NCBI GenBank assembly: GCA_036172245.1
Contig: JAYWIR010000057.1
Coordinates: 744,001-808,000 of the forward strand
DNA: 64,000 bases
Origin: Raillietiella orientalis
Lineage: Eukaryota
Direction: 5' to 3'
The number at the start of each line of letters is the position of its first letter. The stretch's first letter is position 1. Shown here piece by piece: positions 1 to 13,458 of the stretch. The notes beneath the pieces are model-generated. The model saw only the letters and a program-made list of their open reading frames with translations, did not search any database and was not told the DNA's origin. Position numbers and translations under genes: made by a program.

Positions 1-1184
1 TTACCTTCTTTAGATTCATGCTGTGTTTGTTGAACTCTGCAATCAGCCGCCCTTTCTTTTCGTGTAGCATTCTTACACCCTGTTCCGCTTCCCACCAGCT
101 CATATTACTCCACAAACATTTCTTCAGAGGTGCAAATGGCAGGCATCCGGCTCTTCCTATCAGACGAAAATCGCGGAGAATTCCAGCAAGTCGTCTCGTG
201 TAACAGAAATTTGGGCATGGGGTAGTTAGAGGTACGAGAAAACTTGGTCTTCCAGCCATAACAGACAAGGATCGCTCTATCGGTTTGGATGCCACCCTAA
301 GCTGAGAGAAAGTACATGGAAGCAGGGAAAAATTGACAACGAACCAAAAAGCTTTGGTGAGTGCAGATCAGCAGAAAGGTAGAGTGAAGAAAGAAATCAT
401 CTCTTCCCTCGAAGGAAACAGAAAAGATCAAACGTACGCCCGGGACAGAGATTTTCAAGCAGCCAGGGAAGGTTTTCAGGGCAAAGGTCTTAATACAGAC
501 AGAAAAGATGGCAGTCTGACGGAGGTGCATGGTGGGATCAAATGGCATCGGGATCGTCACAACGTCGCGTTTTTTGCTGGTGCCCTTGCACTCGCACAGG
601 TGATGTAGGGCAGCCAAGAGTCTGCCTCGAGAAACCGGGAAACTTTCAAGGAAATCATCCGTTACCATAGCCTGCTTCCCGCTGAAAAATCCTCCGAGTC
701 AATATTGCACCTTATGCAAATTTGGTTTTCAAAAAATCTTTTGTTTTGCAACGCCAAAAAATTCCCAAGCATCCACAAATAACGAGAAGCACGGTACCCT
801 TTCGTTATCGATGCTGAATTCTAAACAGAGGATTATTTGGAGAGACGATTGAGCTCAGAGATCTTTCGGAAATTTTGAGCAGATTTTTTTTTTTTTTGCA
901 TCCATCTGCATTCTGGAACAGGCGTAGACTGGAAATAGACATTTCTCTGGAAACGATTTGGAAGCGCTTCTCAAGAACGGCTGGTGCTGGTTATTCTGAG
1001 GGAGTCGAATTCATCAGTGTCATAATATCCAAGTGGGTCATCGATTGCCCAAAAATGAACTCGACTTTGACTGAAGTTTCGATCTTGGAATTTCGGAATT
1101 TTCAAGGCCTCGTTGGTTGAATGTTGTTTGAAGAATCTGCCGTTGAAGCGGCACTCTTGCCCCAAGCACTCCGAGAAATCGATA

Positions 1185-2430
1185 CAGGCAAAAAAAAAAG
1201 AAAAAAAAAACCGGAAGGGAAAAAACAGCGAAGACAGAGAAGAACCCAAAAGGATTTCCATCATCCCATATCGATAAAAGCGATACTTTGAATATGTCTG
1301 AAAGGCGTTTCCTCGTTCGACGTGTTGACAGAGGTACCAAAAGTTCAGAGAGTGATGTGTTATATACAGGATAATCTAAGTCTGCACCGACATAGAAACA
1401 GTCTCTTTTGATCCTCAAGAATTCTTCGTGAAACAAAGACTTTCTGGATGAACAACGCTATGCAAAATGAAAACAGGATGCCAAGTGTACACGAACAGCA
1501 TCAACGGAAATCTTGTCACACGTAGAAGACCAGCAGTCCTGTTGGAGGTTCGAGTCTGAGCTGCTGATCACAAAACGCCGATAAATCAGTGTTGCCACAC
1601 ACGGACGGGGTTCCTAACCTGACAGAGCACCCATTGTAACCCCTTCTTCCACCACTCGCCACCCTCAAATTCCCCATCCGAAATGGTATGTCTCCAACGA
1701 CACCCTACTGCGTCCAGAGGAATCCCATCCTGGTCCTCTGTTGTACCACTCCCCTACCCTCACACAAAAAAAGTCCCCCAAGATAAACCGTGGTGGTCGT
1801 TCCCAAATTTCTCATCCCAGAAAACAAACGGTGCTCACTACACGTCGGGTGACGCGAGTCCAAGACGCGCGTCCTCGGCTCCAAAGCACTGGAGGTCATT
1901 CCGAAAGAGAGGAATGTTTGATGCCTTTCAAAGGACGGGTGATAGGGAGGCAGATGCATCACAAAGCCTTGTTGAAAAGAGGAAGCGTAAGTCCGCGTTT
2001 GAGGACTGTCCCATGCAACAATCCTGCCCTCCTGCACATCACGAACTTTCAAAGGCGATTCCTTCCCTACGACTCGATTCCTTCTAAAAGTGTATTAGAG
2101 GCGATCCCAGAGAAAGATCCAGAGATGCAAACCCTTCGTCTCGATGCACCTCCTGAAGCAGCGGGGGATCCTGATCCCGTACTCGGTATACGTTTTCTTC
2201 CCGAGTGCAAGGCACAACTCGGCTAGGAACAGAAACCGATATCAGGAAACCCCCCACGTGAGAGACCCTGAGGTCAGATGAGCAAAGGGTTCTCATTCCT
2301 CTTCTGACGCTGAGTCGGGCTCGAGTCTGGACTCTTCCATACGACGAGGATATTTCCCTTGTCCGATGGGATGTCTCTCCCTCAATCCTCCTACCCACTT
2401 AAAACACGTCTTCGTAAACCCTAAGGGCTT
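1185..2430 (-). mobile_element. Decayed 3' part of a second LINE family
   Basis: The A-rich terminal block (..GGAAGGGAAAAAACAGCGAAGACAG..AAGGATTTCCATCA) is shared with 34785-34875, which adjoins a zf-RVT-like ORF. Weak GGLG-like remnant (HRDEGFASLDL). Confidence 0.45.
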
Positions 2431-2454
2431 CCTTGCAGGAATAACAGAGATAGG

Positions 2455-3490
2455 TACATCTATATATACGTACGTACGTGTACGCATGTACATGTGCGTT
2501 CAGGAGAGCCGATGCGTACGTATCATGCGTGTGGGCAAATGCAGGGGTTGGTTGAAATTCCCAGTCATATAAAATATATGCACATGTCCATCATGTGTAT
2601 ACATATATATATATTAATATATGTACATATTTATTAATATTTACTAACACAATATTCTTCATATACTTAAATAATATGTATTAACATATTATGGATATAT
2701 ATACTAAAGATTAGAAATATATTGTCATCTGTTTACTATATATATAAATATACATTAATATACGTAATAAACACACGCCAATACACATCATAAGTATATA
2801 TCAGCATGCATAATAAAAGTGCATTAATATATATAATAAATACATATCTTTAACCTACTTATTATTAACATATATATATTGAAAACTCTAAAAAAAGATA
2901 CATATGTTTTCTTATATATTTTTATACATAGCAATATAAATGATAAATATACATTGAATGAATATTTAACATATATTATTCAAACGATCAAATTTCCGAA
3001 GAATGGAATTCGTCATTTCCTGAGGAAGTTTCATTTGTTGAGTGTTGAGAAGAACAGGAAAAAGGAATGCCAAATTTCTTTTGTTTTTCCTATTTGCTTG
3101 CTTTTTAAAATTCTTTTCCACTCTTTTTCGTTGTCACCATTATTTATTATCTTTTATGACTCGACATTCGTGTATTCGTTTAATATATATTTATTATATA
3201 CATTAATGTATACAGAAAGGTGTATCGATATATATATAATAAACACATGCATTTATGTTTTAGAGTGTTATATGTATATGTATATATACATATATTAATA
3301 ATATATTGACGCATATTATTCATTATTTCAACAATATGTATGTTGATAAATAATTAATATAAATACTTGAATAAATTTGCATATTAATTTATATATACAA
3401 GACACATATATATTTTTATTTTTAGGATCTTTTTAATAAATATTATTAGTTAAATTTATGTTAATGATAAACATATATATTCATTTTTAA
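2455..3490. repeat. AT-rich low-complexity (TA)n-like tract
   Basis: Dense TATA/ATAT runs with very low GC, interrupted by a less simple stretch near 2980-3180. Confidence 0.8.
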
Positions 3491-3949
3491 TGATCTTTCA
3501 GGTTTTGATCGATACCAGTGCACAAACATCACTTTCGTTTTTTTTTTTTTTCCAGAAGATTCAACGGTGCAGATGCGGAAGACCGCGCAATGCAATGAGA
3601 GACGCGCCCATGGAAAAGGAGAAGAGTTTTTCTTCTGCCACGCCGGAGCAAGAGGGGTATAGAGGAGGATGCACGTAATCAGTAGAACTTCCGGTTCACT
3701 CGCGAGGATGAGGCATGGAAATAGTCGAACGAGAGACGGGAATGCAGGAAAGGGGAAGAAGGAAAGCAGAAGAATGGTCCAGCGGAAAGACGAAAGCCTC
3801 CCTTCGTCTGCCCCTGCAGGCCGTGCGCCGCCTATAGGCAGCCGCTTTGCCGACTCCCCGCCGCACCTGAACAGCCACAGCAGCGTGACACGCCGTATGG
3901 ACAGCTTGTACGTTCAGAGGAGAAGAGAAGAAATCAAAAGGGGCTGAGG

Positions 3950-6850
3950 AAAGCACGTTCCTCGTGTACGGGCAGGAGGTAGTCGGGTGGCCGCCTCTAG
4001 CGAGCGGAGACCCCCTTGTCCTGGACTGCAGCCTCTGGGTTGGGGCGGGACGGGACACCATGGGGCTGCTTCAGGGGAATTGAGGAGAGGCCCTCACCGG
4101 TGGGGTCTGTCCAGTGGAATCAACGACGGGGTTGGCTGCTGGCACCACGAGGGCATCCCTGACTGCTTGTCTTGCTTGTGCGCCAGGATTTGTCGAGGGA
4201 ACCGCGGTGGCGAAAAGCGAGATCAGGTCGAACAGGGCGGGAAGCGGCGTTTGCAGACGGGAGCTGTAGTCAAGGATGGGCAGCCGACAGCGGGCTGGGC
4301 ACCTCCGAGCCGCTAGGTCCTGAAGGCCCTCAGGGGAAGGGAGGAACCGAACTAGCTGCTCCGGGTCACTCAAGGCAGTGACCACTTCCAGTTCTTCCCG
4401 GCTGGCGCGGCGCTTATGCAGCATCTCAGTCTGGTTTGCCTGTCTTCTCTCGAAGATGGTCCAGGGGACTGGGGGGTCTATGTCTATGCGCCAGTGAGGC
4501 GAGGGGCCGTGTTGCGGGCGTTCCCGACTGCCTCCCCCTCTCCTTGCTCTCCCCTTTCTCTCTCGAAATTCCTCAGTTCCAACAGCTATTCACCCCCGCC
4601 AGCGTCATCTCCCAAGAGTAATGCTGGGGTCATCTCAGAGAGCGCCTCCTCCGACCCAGTGGGTGGATGGATGTCGGGGGGCTCCCTAGCCCTTCCCCGA
4701 AGGAGCTTTCGTTCCTCTGAGCGACTGTGCTCACCCAGAGGGCAGCTTGGAAGGGCGGGAACGCGAACCTCGAAAGAGGTCGTTTTGGTTCAACGGAATG
4801 TGGATCACTGGACGGAAGCTCCCCTTCCTCATCCCATCCGCATCTCCCTTCCAGGTTGAGGAGTTCGAGGGGAGCGGTAAGGCGACTCCTTCCCTATCTC
4901 ACTGTCAGGTGGCGCAAGGGACGGGCAGGAGAGGGAGGAGAAGCCTTAAGCTCCATCCTTCCTCCTCTGTCGCGCCTTCTTCTACAGCTCTTCCTGCGGC
5001 GGGATTTCGGGTATAGTGGACAACCTCAGGCGACCCCCGCAGGTGAGGCAGGGACCACGAATCCCATGACTCCGGGTGAGAGGTCAGACCTCAAGGTGGC
5101 GCTCAGAAACAGGGACAAGGTGTGGCCGCCTCTCGGAACAGGGAATCTTGCCCTGCCGACGTTCCTCGTCTCCCACCTTCTCTCGACCCCCTCATGCACC
5201 TCTACCCGAAAGATCCCTAGGGAACCCGACTATGCCACTCAAACTCCTCCGGCCCGCTCGGAGGATCAGAATGACGACCTGGGGTCCTGGAACTGTCCCC
5301 TTCACGGTCACGGACCGAGGGGCAGGAGGGAGACACCTCCGGGTTGCTCCCACATGCCTTTCGGAGGCGAAGACCACAGGAGACCTTCAGTCTGGGTGGC
5401 CGATCGACCCCAAGCAGGTCGCCGTGCGACGTGGGGGCAGAAGCGCCACCGAACCGCAGACACCTCGCGCATGCAGCCACCCTCCTGGGTCAGGGAGATC
5501 GGTCAAGACCCTTGAAGGCCCGAGGATGGCGGTAGTCTCGACAGACGGCACCCCCGCGAGGCGTTCACGCGGGGGGCCTCGTATTATCACAGGTAGTCAC
5601 TTGTGGCTGCCCCCGGCGCTCTCCAGAAGAGGAAAAGCGAGAAAGAAAAAAAAAATAAGAGCGAAAGCTCCGCCCACCGGCGCTGCTTTTCTCGCTTCCC
5701 GGCCTCGGGTGGCGACCTCTGTGAGCGCCTCCCGCGCTCGTCGTCTCCGAGACTCCAGGAATTCCTTCCTCTCCCAGTTGGACAGCAGGTGGTGTAGAAT
5801 CCCCTCCTTCCCGCCCCCCTTTCGTCTTCTCCATGCGTCAGCCATTTTTTTGGGGGGGGACTCTTCCTCTACGTGCTCCGCCTGCTCCGAGCGCCCTCAG
5901 GCGGAGGCAAACGCAGACTCGCGATACTCCGAGTCCGCGCTTCGCGCGAGCAAGTGACGCCATCGCGTGACAGATTGCAAGAGTTGGTCACTTACCACAC
6001 CTCTGCGCGCTCTCCTTGCTGCCGCTGCTGCCTCCTCCGCAGCTGCCGGGATGAACGGACGCGCCGAGAGTGATGCGCTCTTCGCGGAAGACCGGAAGCG
6101 GAGGACTGTCGGGAGGTGCAGCGGGAAGGCCCGCCGGCCAGAGCGGGAAGGAAGAAGGGGAGAGGTTCTTGGCGATCTCTCCCATGGGGAGCATCCCGGG
6201 GACCCCGGTGGGTCAACACACCGGCGAGCCGGCCCGCCGAGGAGGGCACGCCGCCGCAGAGCTCGGGGGCTACCCCCCGCAAAACCTCAGGGGGAGGAGG
6301 ATAGTGGCCACCCAACTCTCCTTCGACAGAGCAGGGAACGAGCCACACAAGAAGTCAGTGCGATGCTGGTAGGAGCGAACGACCTCGGGCTCGGCAGACG
6401 GTCCGGCTGCGTTGCCCGAAGAGGGTTCTGGAAGCCGCGCGCGGCGCCCAGCATCGGAGGTTCGAATCCCTCCTGGGAGGAGTGGACGCCGAGAATGATG
6501 GGGGTGCATCGTGGGTTTCGAATCCACCCTACAGGATGACGCCAATAGACCTACGGACCTCGGCTGAGCCACTACATGACGCCTGAGCGCGTTGGAGACC
6601 TGCTGACCCCTGTGACCATCCGGGATTGGAAACTACCTTTCGGGTTCTTTCTGGGAATCATGGAGTCTCAAAGTTCCTCTCCAGTTGTGCGTATGAAGCC
6701 GCGCTCATGTCTATCAGGCTGGTTCACCCTTCTCGGAGGTGCCTCTCCAGAGTTAAAAGGGCTCTGCCCTTAGGCGAGCAAACCCGGGGCGGATCCTTTT
6801 CGGAGTCTCCTCCTTCCAAGCCTAAGAGGAACGAACCCCTTCCTCTGGAA
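3950..6850 (-). mobile_element. GC-rich decayed repeat, probably LINE 5'/ORF1 region; related segments near 8900-9130 (-), 11200-11750 (+) and 34000-34650 (-)
   Basis: Shared blocks such as GTGGGTTTCG(A/T) and CGGGATTGGAA recur at about 6510/6620 and 8955/9047, and inverted at 11520/11645. The conserved frame is ILxxGxETHxxP. No diagnostic domain recognised. Confidence 0.5.
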
Positions 6851-7789
6851 CCTCCCTGTATTAATTAGGGTGGTCCCTACGGGGTTGCCCTCCGACTGAA
6901 CCACAATTTCCCTCGGGCGGCGAAGAAGCAAAGAGCTCCGTGAGTCCCCCGTTTGGCGATGGCACCGTCAGACCTCTCTGACGCCCCCCTGGGGAGGTGG
7001 ACGGTTCTCCAGGACCTCCTGAGGACCTGGAAAAGAAGACAACCCTAAGGAAGAAGAAAGCTGGAAGGGAAGCAGCGAAAGAGAGGAACCCTCCTCACCT
7101 CCTCCCCAAAAAAGATTCCTATCATTCTGGAACAATAGCGACAACCTCCCCGTACGGTCGCTACTGGTCTTAAAATAGGAGTCCCGGGCAGTTCCTTCCT
7201 CAGGGATCACTGTCATCCCATTCCTTTCTACCTCATCCAGGAAAGGGAACGGGGAGCAGGGGTCTTCGATAGGTCCTTTCGATGTTCTATTACCCTCCCG
7301 TCACTGTCCGGTGCAGGCCTTCGGCGATCATCGCGACCACGACATTATAAACAGAGACGTCAATGAGGTCTCCCCCTTTTATTTATGGCCAGCCCTCCCC
7401 TCTGCCCCTCTTGAGTCGCGCCCCGGCGAGATGCCCACTCTTTTCCCTTGCGCCAGCAAGCAGCTGATCTTTTCTTCTTTAACAATGCCGTGTATTTATT
7501 TATTTGTTCATTCTAAATAAACGGCCTGGAGCATCCGCGCTGACGAGGTCACGCCTGGGCCCTCATCAACATGAACAAACTGCAGAGGCAGGAGACGGAC
7601 TCTCGCCAGACAGGACCCGGGCATCCTCGGAGAAAGGACTTCTGGGCTTGCAGGATCGGAAAACTGCGAGCGAAATGGCAATAAATAAAAAGAATAAAGA
7701 AAAATAAATAGGTAGCAGTGAAGAGCGAGGGACCCGGTTACCCACCGCCTTTTTGGCGGTCTACCTGAGATCCGGAACGCTTCCCTTTT

Positions 7790-8640
7790 TACTTTCCCTC
7801 CCAGGGGAAGACCCTCCTCGCCTCAATGACACCCTTCCAGTGGAGGACACGTGGCAGCAGCCAACTGCTGAGGTGGGAGTGCCCTTCCACAAGGACTACA
7901 ACGCCTGGGCGAGCTGCTCGATATTCTGAGCAAAGACCTGAGGCGAACCTTGGCTCAGGTCTTTGCTCCTGGAGTGATCCTTGGTGCTCAAGGATTGCAC
8001 CCTCTCCCTGAAGTGGCAGGATTCAACACTTCCGTTGCACTGGGGTCTTCCCTGCAACCCCCGTTACCATTGGACGCTGGAGAGGGTGAGCCCTGACCGT
8101 TGCAGGGGCGTGGAACGATGGTCTTCTGAACCTGCTTGTGGACTGTATTGCCCTCCGACCCTTATGGGAACGTTTTGGTACAACCCTGCGGCCCCCGTTT
8201 GGCAACCCCAGGGTAACTGCAAAACTCCTCTTCATATGGAATGCCCTAGAGGGCGCTTCATATGGAAACGCGCCGCCTCCCGAGAGGAATTGGTGAGGGT
8301 GTTAGGAACTAAAGCGCCTACCTGCAGCCAGCTGAAGTCTTAGGAACTCTTCGCTGCATCCGCGGAATTGTGGTGGCCTGGAACGACACTGAAGGAGGAC
8401 CGAACGAAAGAGATGCCTTCGACTCTGCACTTTGGTTTCCACGGATTGCAGCCAGATGTCCCCACCTGGCGTTATCCAGATGGATTTAGCCGGCATCCTG
8501 AAAAGGATGCAGAGGACTCCTTCCAGCAGACTGTGATCCCTTTCGGGCCCTCCAAAGTGTTTTTATTTCATTTATTTTCTCCCTCCCCACTGCTGCCGAG
8601 GCGAACCTCGCCGGTCTGCCGACCGGCAACCCGGAAGGTT
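7790..8640 (+). mobile_element. Decayed 3' part of the L1/Tx1-like family
   Basis: LSLKWQDSTLPLHWGLPCNPRYHWTLERVSPDRC matches LPLKWQETALLLLHWGIPCNARRFHCTRGSVSP of copy A. Confidence 0.8.
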
Positions 8641-9599
8641 TCTTGTAGATTCAAGCATGGCGAGCCTACCTGTCCCATCATAGGTATCATGGTCCCATCA
8701 TTATCAGTAAACACCCGGTGTGACAGAGTGGCAACTCAAGGGCAACCACTCCACTACCTTTTTCGTCGTGGAGGTGGCGAGCTGCACGGAAGGCGTAGGT
8801 TTTCTCAGGTTGCTTGCCACACGGGTACGCCAGGACGTTTCCTACTTAGAAGAAACTTGGAGCGTTGGAGGTCGTGCAGCTGCGGTCTCAGCTCGCGGCA
8901 CCCGGTTCGGATCCCGCCCGGGGAGGGATCGAGTCCAGAGAAATTGGTGCCTCGTGGGTTTCGAGTCCCCACGACAGGATGGCGCTGGTTGGCCCGTTGG
9001 CTTCAGATGAGGCACTAAGAGAAACCGGATGCACCCGTCGAGTGGCCGGGATTGGAAGTTGACCTTCAGTGGTCCTTTCAGGAATCAGAGGGTTCCCTTC
9101 CGGATGTGAAAATGCTCACCAGGAGAAGGCCGTCCTCAATTCCTCGGAAGGGACCCTCCATCTCGTACCATAGAGCTGGTGGATTGATGTTACCTCTCCA
9201 CAGGACCACATATGGACTCTAGAAGCCTCGAAGGTCAGAGTCGGTAGGCGTCTGGCAGCGTCAGTGGGAAGGGCCTGGAGTCCTACGGCAGAAACATGGT
9301 TCACCTTGCTATCAACCTTTCCTTATCTCCTGAGCTCCCTTTAGCGCAGCGCTCCCACGCCCATCAGTTTCAGGGTCGTCCCATGCACGCTTGTGAGGAG
9401 CAGAATCAGACGGGGTGGCAGTTCGAGTTCCGTGTGTTTCGGCATCCTGAAGTGGACGAGGCCGGAAGAATTCATAACGACTCTGCAGACATTGCAATGT
9501 CACTCCTTCCCTGTGGAAACTGTGGCGACTCATGTCTACTCTGTCAGAGTCTCCTGAGCAGCTCGCGAGCTGATCCTCTGGAAAGCTCGCATGCGGATG

Positions 9600-11160
9600 G
9601 ATGGGGGGAAATCAAGGACCGCAGCTGTGGGCAGGCGAGCCGCATCGGACCTCCGTGACCCTACTATCCCTACTATACTCAGGCATTACCTTAGGAAACC
9701 TCTGTCCCGCCCTCTGGTCCGAATGCCTCTAAAAGGCTTTTCGCTAGGTCACCCCAGTACTTTTATTTATCATAGAGAAAAAAACCCGCAGGTCAGCTGG
9801 AAAAATTTTCAAACTTTGGTGGGATCAGGAAAATGAATAAATAATTGGTGGGCAGAAGATGGAATTCCTGCTCCCGTTGTACAGTCTCCGCAAGATGGTG
9901 GGACCTCCTTACTCGTTTTTGCTTCCCGCTGGGATCACCTGCGCGCCCTCCCTGATGACGCGGAAACAGTGGAAGTGGCGTTTCCTGTTGCCGTTGAGTG
10001 CAGCTTGGGCAAGCAGCGGGCCATGGAGATGCCACGGCTGCATCATGACGTTGTGATCACGGAGGCAGGCGAGAGAAACCTGCAAAAGCACTTCAGCGGG
10101 CCTCTTCTGTGGTCGCAGGAGCTCTGAAGCCAGCCGCTCCCACAGCTGACCAAGGACGCCGCAGCTTATTAGCAGGTGCATATGACTCGACAGATTGACC
10201 GCCGCTAACCTCCCACACTAAGGAGGGATGCTCCTCCTTGTCACGTGCTGCAGGTGCCCGTTGCAAAGGGGACCCTAGTGCAAGAGGAGCACCACGTCGT
10301 GTTGCCAACAGAGAGAGGGCACAGGATTGTTCAGTCACAGGAGCGGGGCGCACAGTTCTTCCGGGGTGAGATCCATAATTTCAGCCCCCACCAGTTAAGT
10401 CTCTTCGCCTGCAAGCAGGGTATGGCCGCATCGGCTGGCACTTTCGTGGAATGTCAATCCACAACAAGAATGTCGTGTTGTCACCTCAGGGGATTTCCAA
10501 AAGGTATAAGTGATTTCTCCCCGTTCCAGAAGGGCAATCTTTTCTTCTGCTGTGGAGCTTTCGTTGGTTCCCCCCTCCAGCCTTCCCCCTTTTTGCCTTA
10601 ACCTCTCTGCAAGAGGGTGCGTGGAAGAATGTCTCCTGAAGAAAGCACTTGCTCATCCTACACCGTGCGGTCGGTCGGTCACGAGAGACCCGGGCCTCTG
10701 TCTCCTCGCAACCGATTCTGGATGCTTGCCGGTTCCCAATGAGGCAGGTTGCTTCCCAGTTTGAAGAGCATCAGAGGATCCCTTTACCTTCTCATAAACT
10801 ACAGCCCATGGCGACGAGTAGTAGTCTGTGTCACAGGACCGTGAAAGAGTCTCAAAGGAAAACGCTAGAAAGATCCGAAGAGGTGGGTCCAAAGACCTCC
10901 ATTCCCCTCAGTGCCGTCTCTCTATGGGAGAGGAATGACGGTTGCCTACCAGCAAAGTGGGTGACTTCGTGCTCCTTAGCAGCAGCATTAATGAAACTCC
11001 TTGGCGAAGGGTTGGCGTGTCAGTTGACCAACGAAGCACCTTTTCTTTTGCTGAGATCTCGAGGACCGTCCTTCTCATAGAAGCGTCCCTGACGATATCT
11101 CCACTTACGAGGTATCTGTCAGAGCAACCCCCAGACGTGTGCAAATCAGGCAATCCTCGA
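9600..11160 (-). mobile_element. Highly decayed LINE RT region
   Basis: LRQGVSL (RT motif B-like) near 11000 and YLLEIP (YLGIP-like) near 10500, with many frameshifts. Confidence 0.45.
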
Positions 11161-13458
11161 CGGTAGCACCCTCATCAATGCAGTCCGTTCCTCTCTGACT
11201 CCTGGGAGGGAACTCTCTCCCTGATTGCCTCCGAAGGAAATCCCAAAGGAAACCTCTTTTCTATTGTACGCGGAGTGGCTCTCGGTTTGTGGAGGCCGCT
11301 CTCGATTTCTTCTCCGGAGAAGCCCCCGGAAAGGATCCTATTCTGAATTTCTTCTCCAAAGAGGGACGATCCCCGAAGGGAGAAAGAGGCATTCCCCGAG
11401 AGGGGTGAACCAGCCTGATGGAACGCGGGCTGGTTCACTCCCTCGGGTGAGCGCAGCGCCATCCGCACAACTGGGGGGGAACCCCGTGGCTCTGTGATTC
11501 CTGGAAGAACCCCAAGAGTCACTTCCAATCCCGGATAGTCAAAGGGGTCAGCCAGTCTCCAAGGCGTGCAGGCGGCATGCCAATGGAGCACCCAAGGCCT
11601 GTGAGCCAACCGGCATCATTCTGAGGGGGAAAGGGGTGGACACGAAACCCACAACCCACCAATCGCTTTCGACGTCGACCACTCCGTGGGGAAATCGAAC
11701 CAGCAACTCTTGGTGCCACGCGGCCGCCAACGAGGCAAGCTCCACTGGTCGCATCAAACTATCTGGATCGATATTCTCGAAATTCCACCCTCAAAACTCC
11801 CGAATGTTGCAGCATGCTGCAGAGAGAGCTCTGCAAACTCTGCGCTTAATGCACTGGGTCTTCCCGAGAGACCAACACGGACATTTCCGCAAGAGGACAA
11901 GGTCCTCTTCGAACAGCTTCAGGAGAGCAGAGGCGGAAACTTCCTGCTCTTACTCCTGAACTGTTTCCATCACGGACGCCTCGGAGGAGCTGCTGAGCCA
12001 CTGCTTCATCTGCTGAAGGCTTTCTCCCTCACCCTCCATCTTAACCTTGTAACTGCCTCTGCACGTCACTCTCAGGAGGCGCGCCAACAAGAGTGAGCAT
12101 TCCGTGATGGAAGATGTGGCAAAGTAACCTCACGTGCAAAGAAATGAATGGCATCTCCTGCAGCGCATGTAGACTGCAGAAGGCATGCTGGGTTTAAGCG
12201 GTGACGCCTTCCTCTCCCCTCTTCTTTACTCTCTCCTCCTGCTAGCCCTTACAGTCTTCCTTTGTGGCTAGTCTACGAGTCGGCTCATGCTCCCTTCTTG
12301 AATTTCAGCAGCCTCGTAATACCGATTTGTCTTTGAAAAGAAACGTTCCAGCATTACAGGCTGGTCCAAGGGTTCACTGCATAGGAAACTTCTATAAGAA
12401 AAGAGCAGTGTTGTCTGATACAGATGAAGGAGAGTGCAGGGGTTGGAAAAAGAGGGGAAAAAAAGGGAACTGTAGAGTGCATGAGCCCTTAAACGGCACC
12501 TGCACCCGCACATCGGGACTACTTGCAATGTCTTCTCTTTTGGTCACATCAGTTTCTCCCATTGGCTGAGAGGGAAGAGAAATCTGAAACAACCTTGTAG
12601 GTCTTTCGGAAAACTGGGACAATAGCTACAATTTGAACTTATTTATTTACCAAGTTTGTAAGTTGTGAACAGGAGAATTTAATTCGAAGGGAATACTCAA
12701 AATTTCGTTTGAAGAAAGAAAAGTAAGCAAACGTATTGTACATCTACATACGTTACGAATACATATCTACATACGTAGATAAACACTTCCGTACGTTCTA
12801 CAGCAGTGAATTAAATTTCATTCTGTATTCAAGATTTAATAGTGTCTTATGGTGAAAAGAATGAAGGCAAATAAATAATTCAGCTATCTCCAATGTCGTA
12901 CAAAGCATTAAGGAGGTATGATACCGGAATTACTGGTTCCCCGAAATGCAACACTTGGGTGTATGTGTGAACAAGTTTAGGGCTGCAGTGTCTCGTATGA
13001 AAGGAAAATTTCTTGTAGTATTTCTCGGCATATTAGTTCGATTCTTTTTCCGTTTCTTTTCTCCGTGATCCAAATCAGTGTAATGCAGGTTAAAACTTAT
13101 CATACAATAAACCTCGAATATTATAAGCCCAGTTGATGTGGTATCCTATGATTATCCTGTAGGGTGCGTTTGTTATTGGCGCTGTGTATAAGAAACAGAC
13201 GATCTAACCGATGCTGTTTGGTGAATTCAAAATAAGCATTTGTCTGGAAATAAATTATCTTTTATTATAAGCTAAAAGGAAAAAAAAATCACTTCTGAAA
13301 ATCAAATATGAAATAAATCTTAGGATAAAATGCATACAGTAAAGGAAACAAATATCAATGAAATCTCTTGAGTCATGAATGGTGAAAAATCAAACAAATG
13401 TGTCAAAACATTAAAATTATCAATTCTTTGAAGTCTGTTTTCTTTTTCAAATGAAGAT

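Noticed and set aside
2879..3298. 139-aa ORF
   Set aside because: Translation of TA-rich low-complexity DNA (Ile/Tyr-rich).
4727..6539. Large plus-strand ORFs (262, 293, 190 aa)
   Set aside because: GC-rich shadow frames over a dispersed repeat, with no conserved domain.
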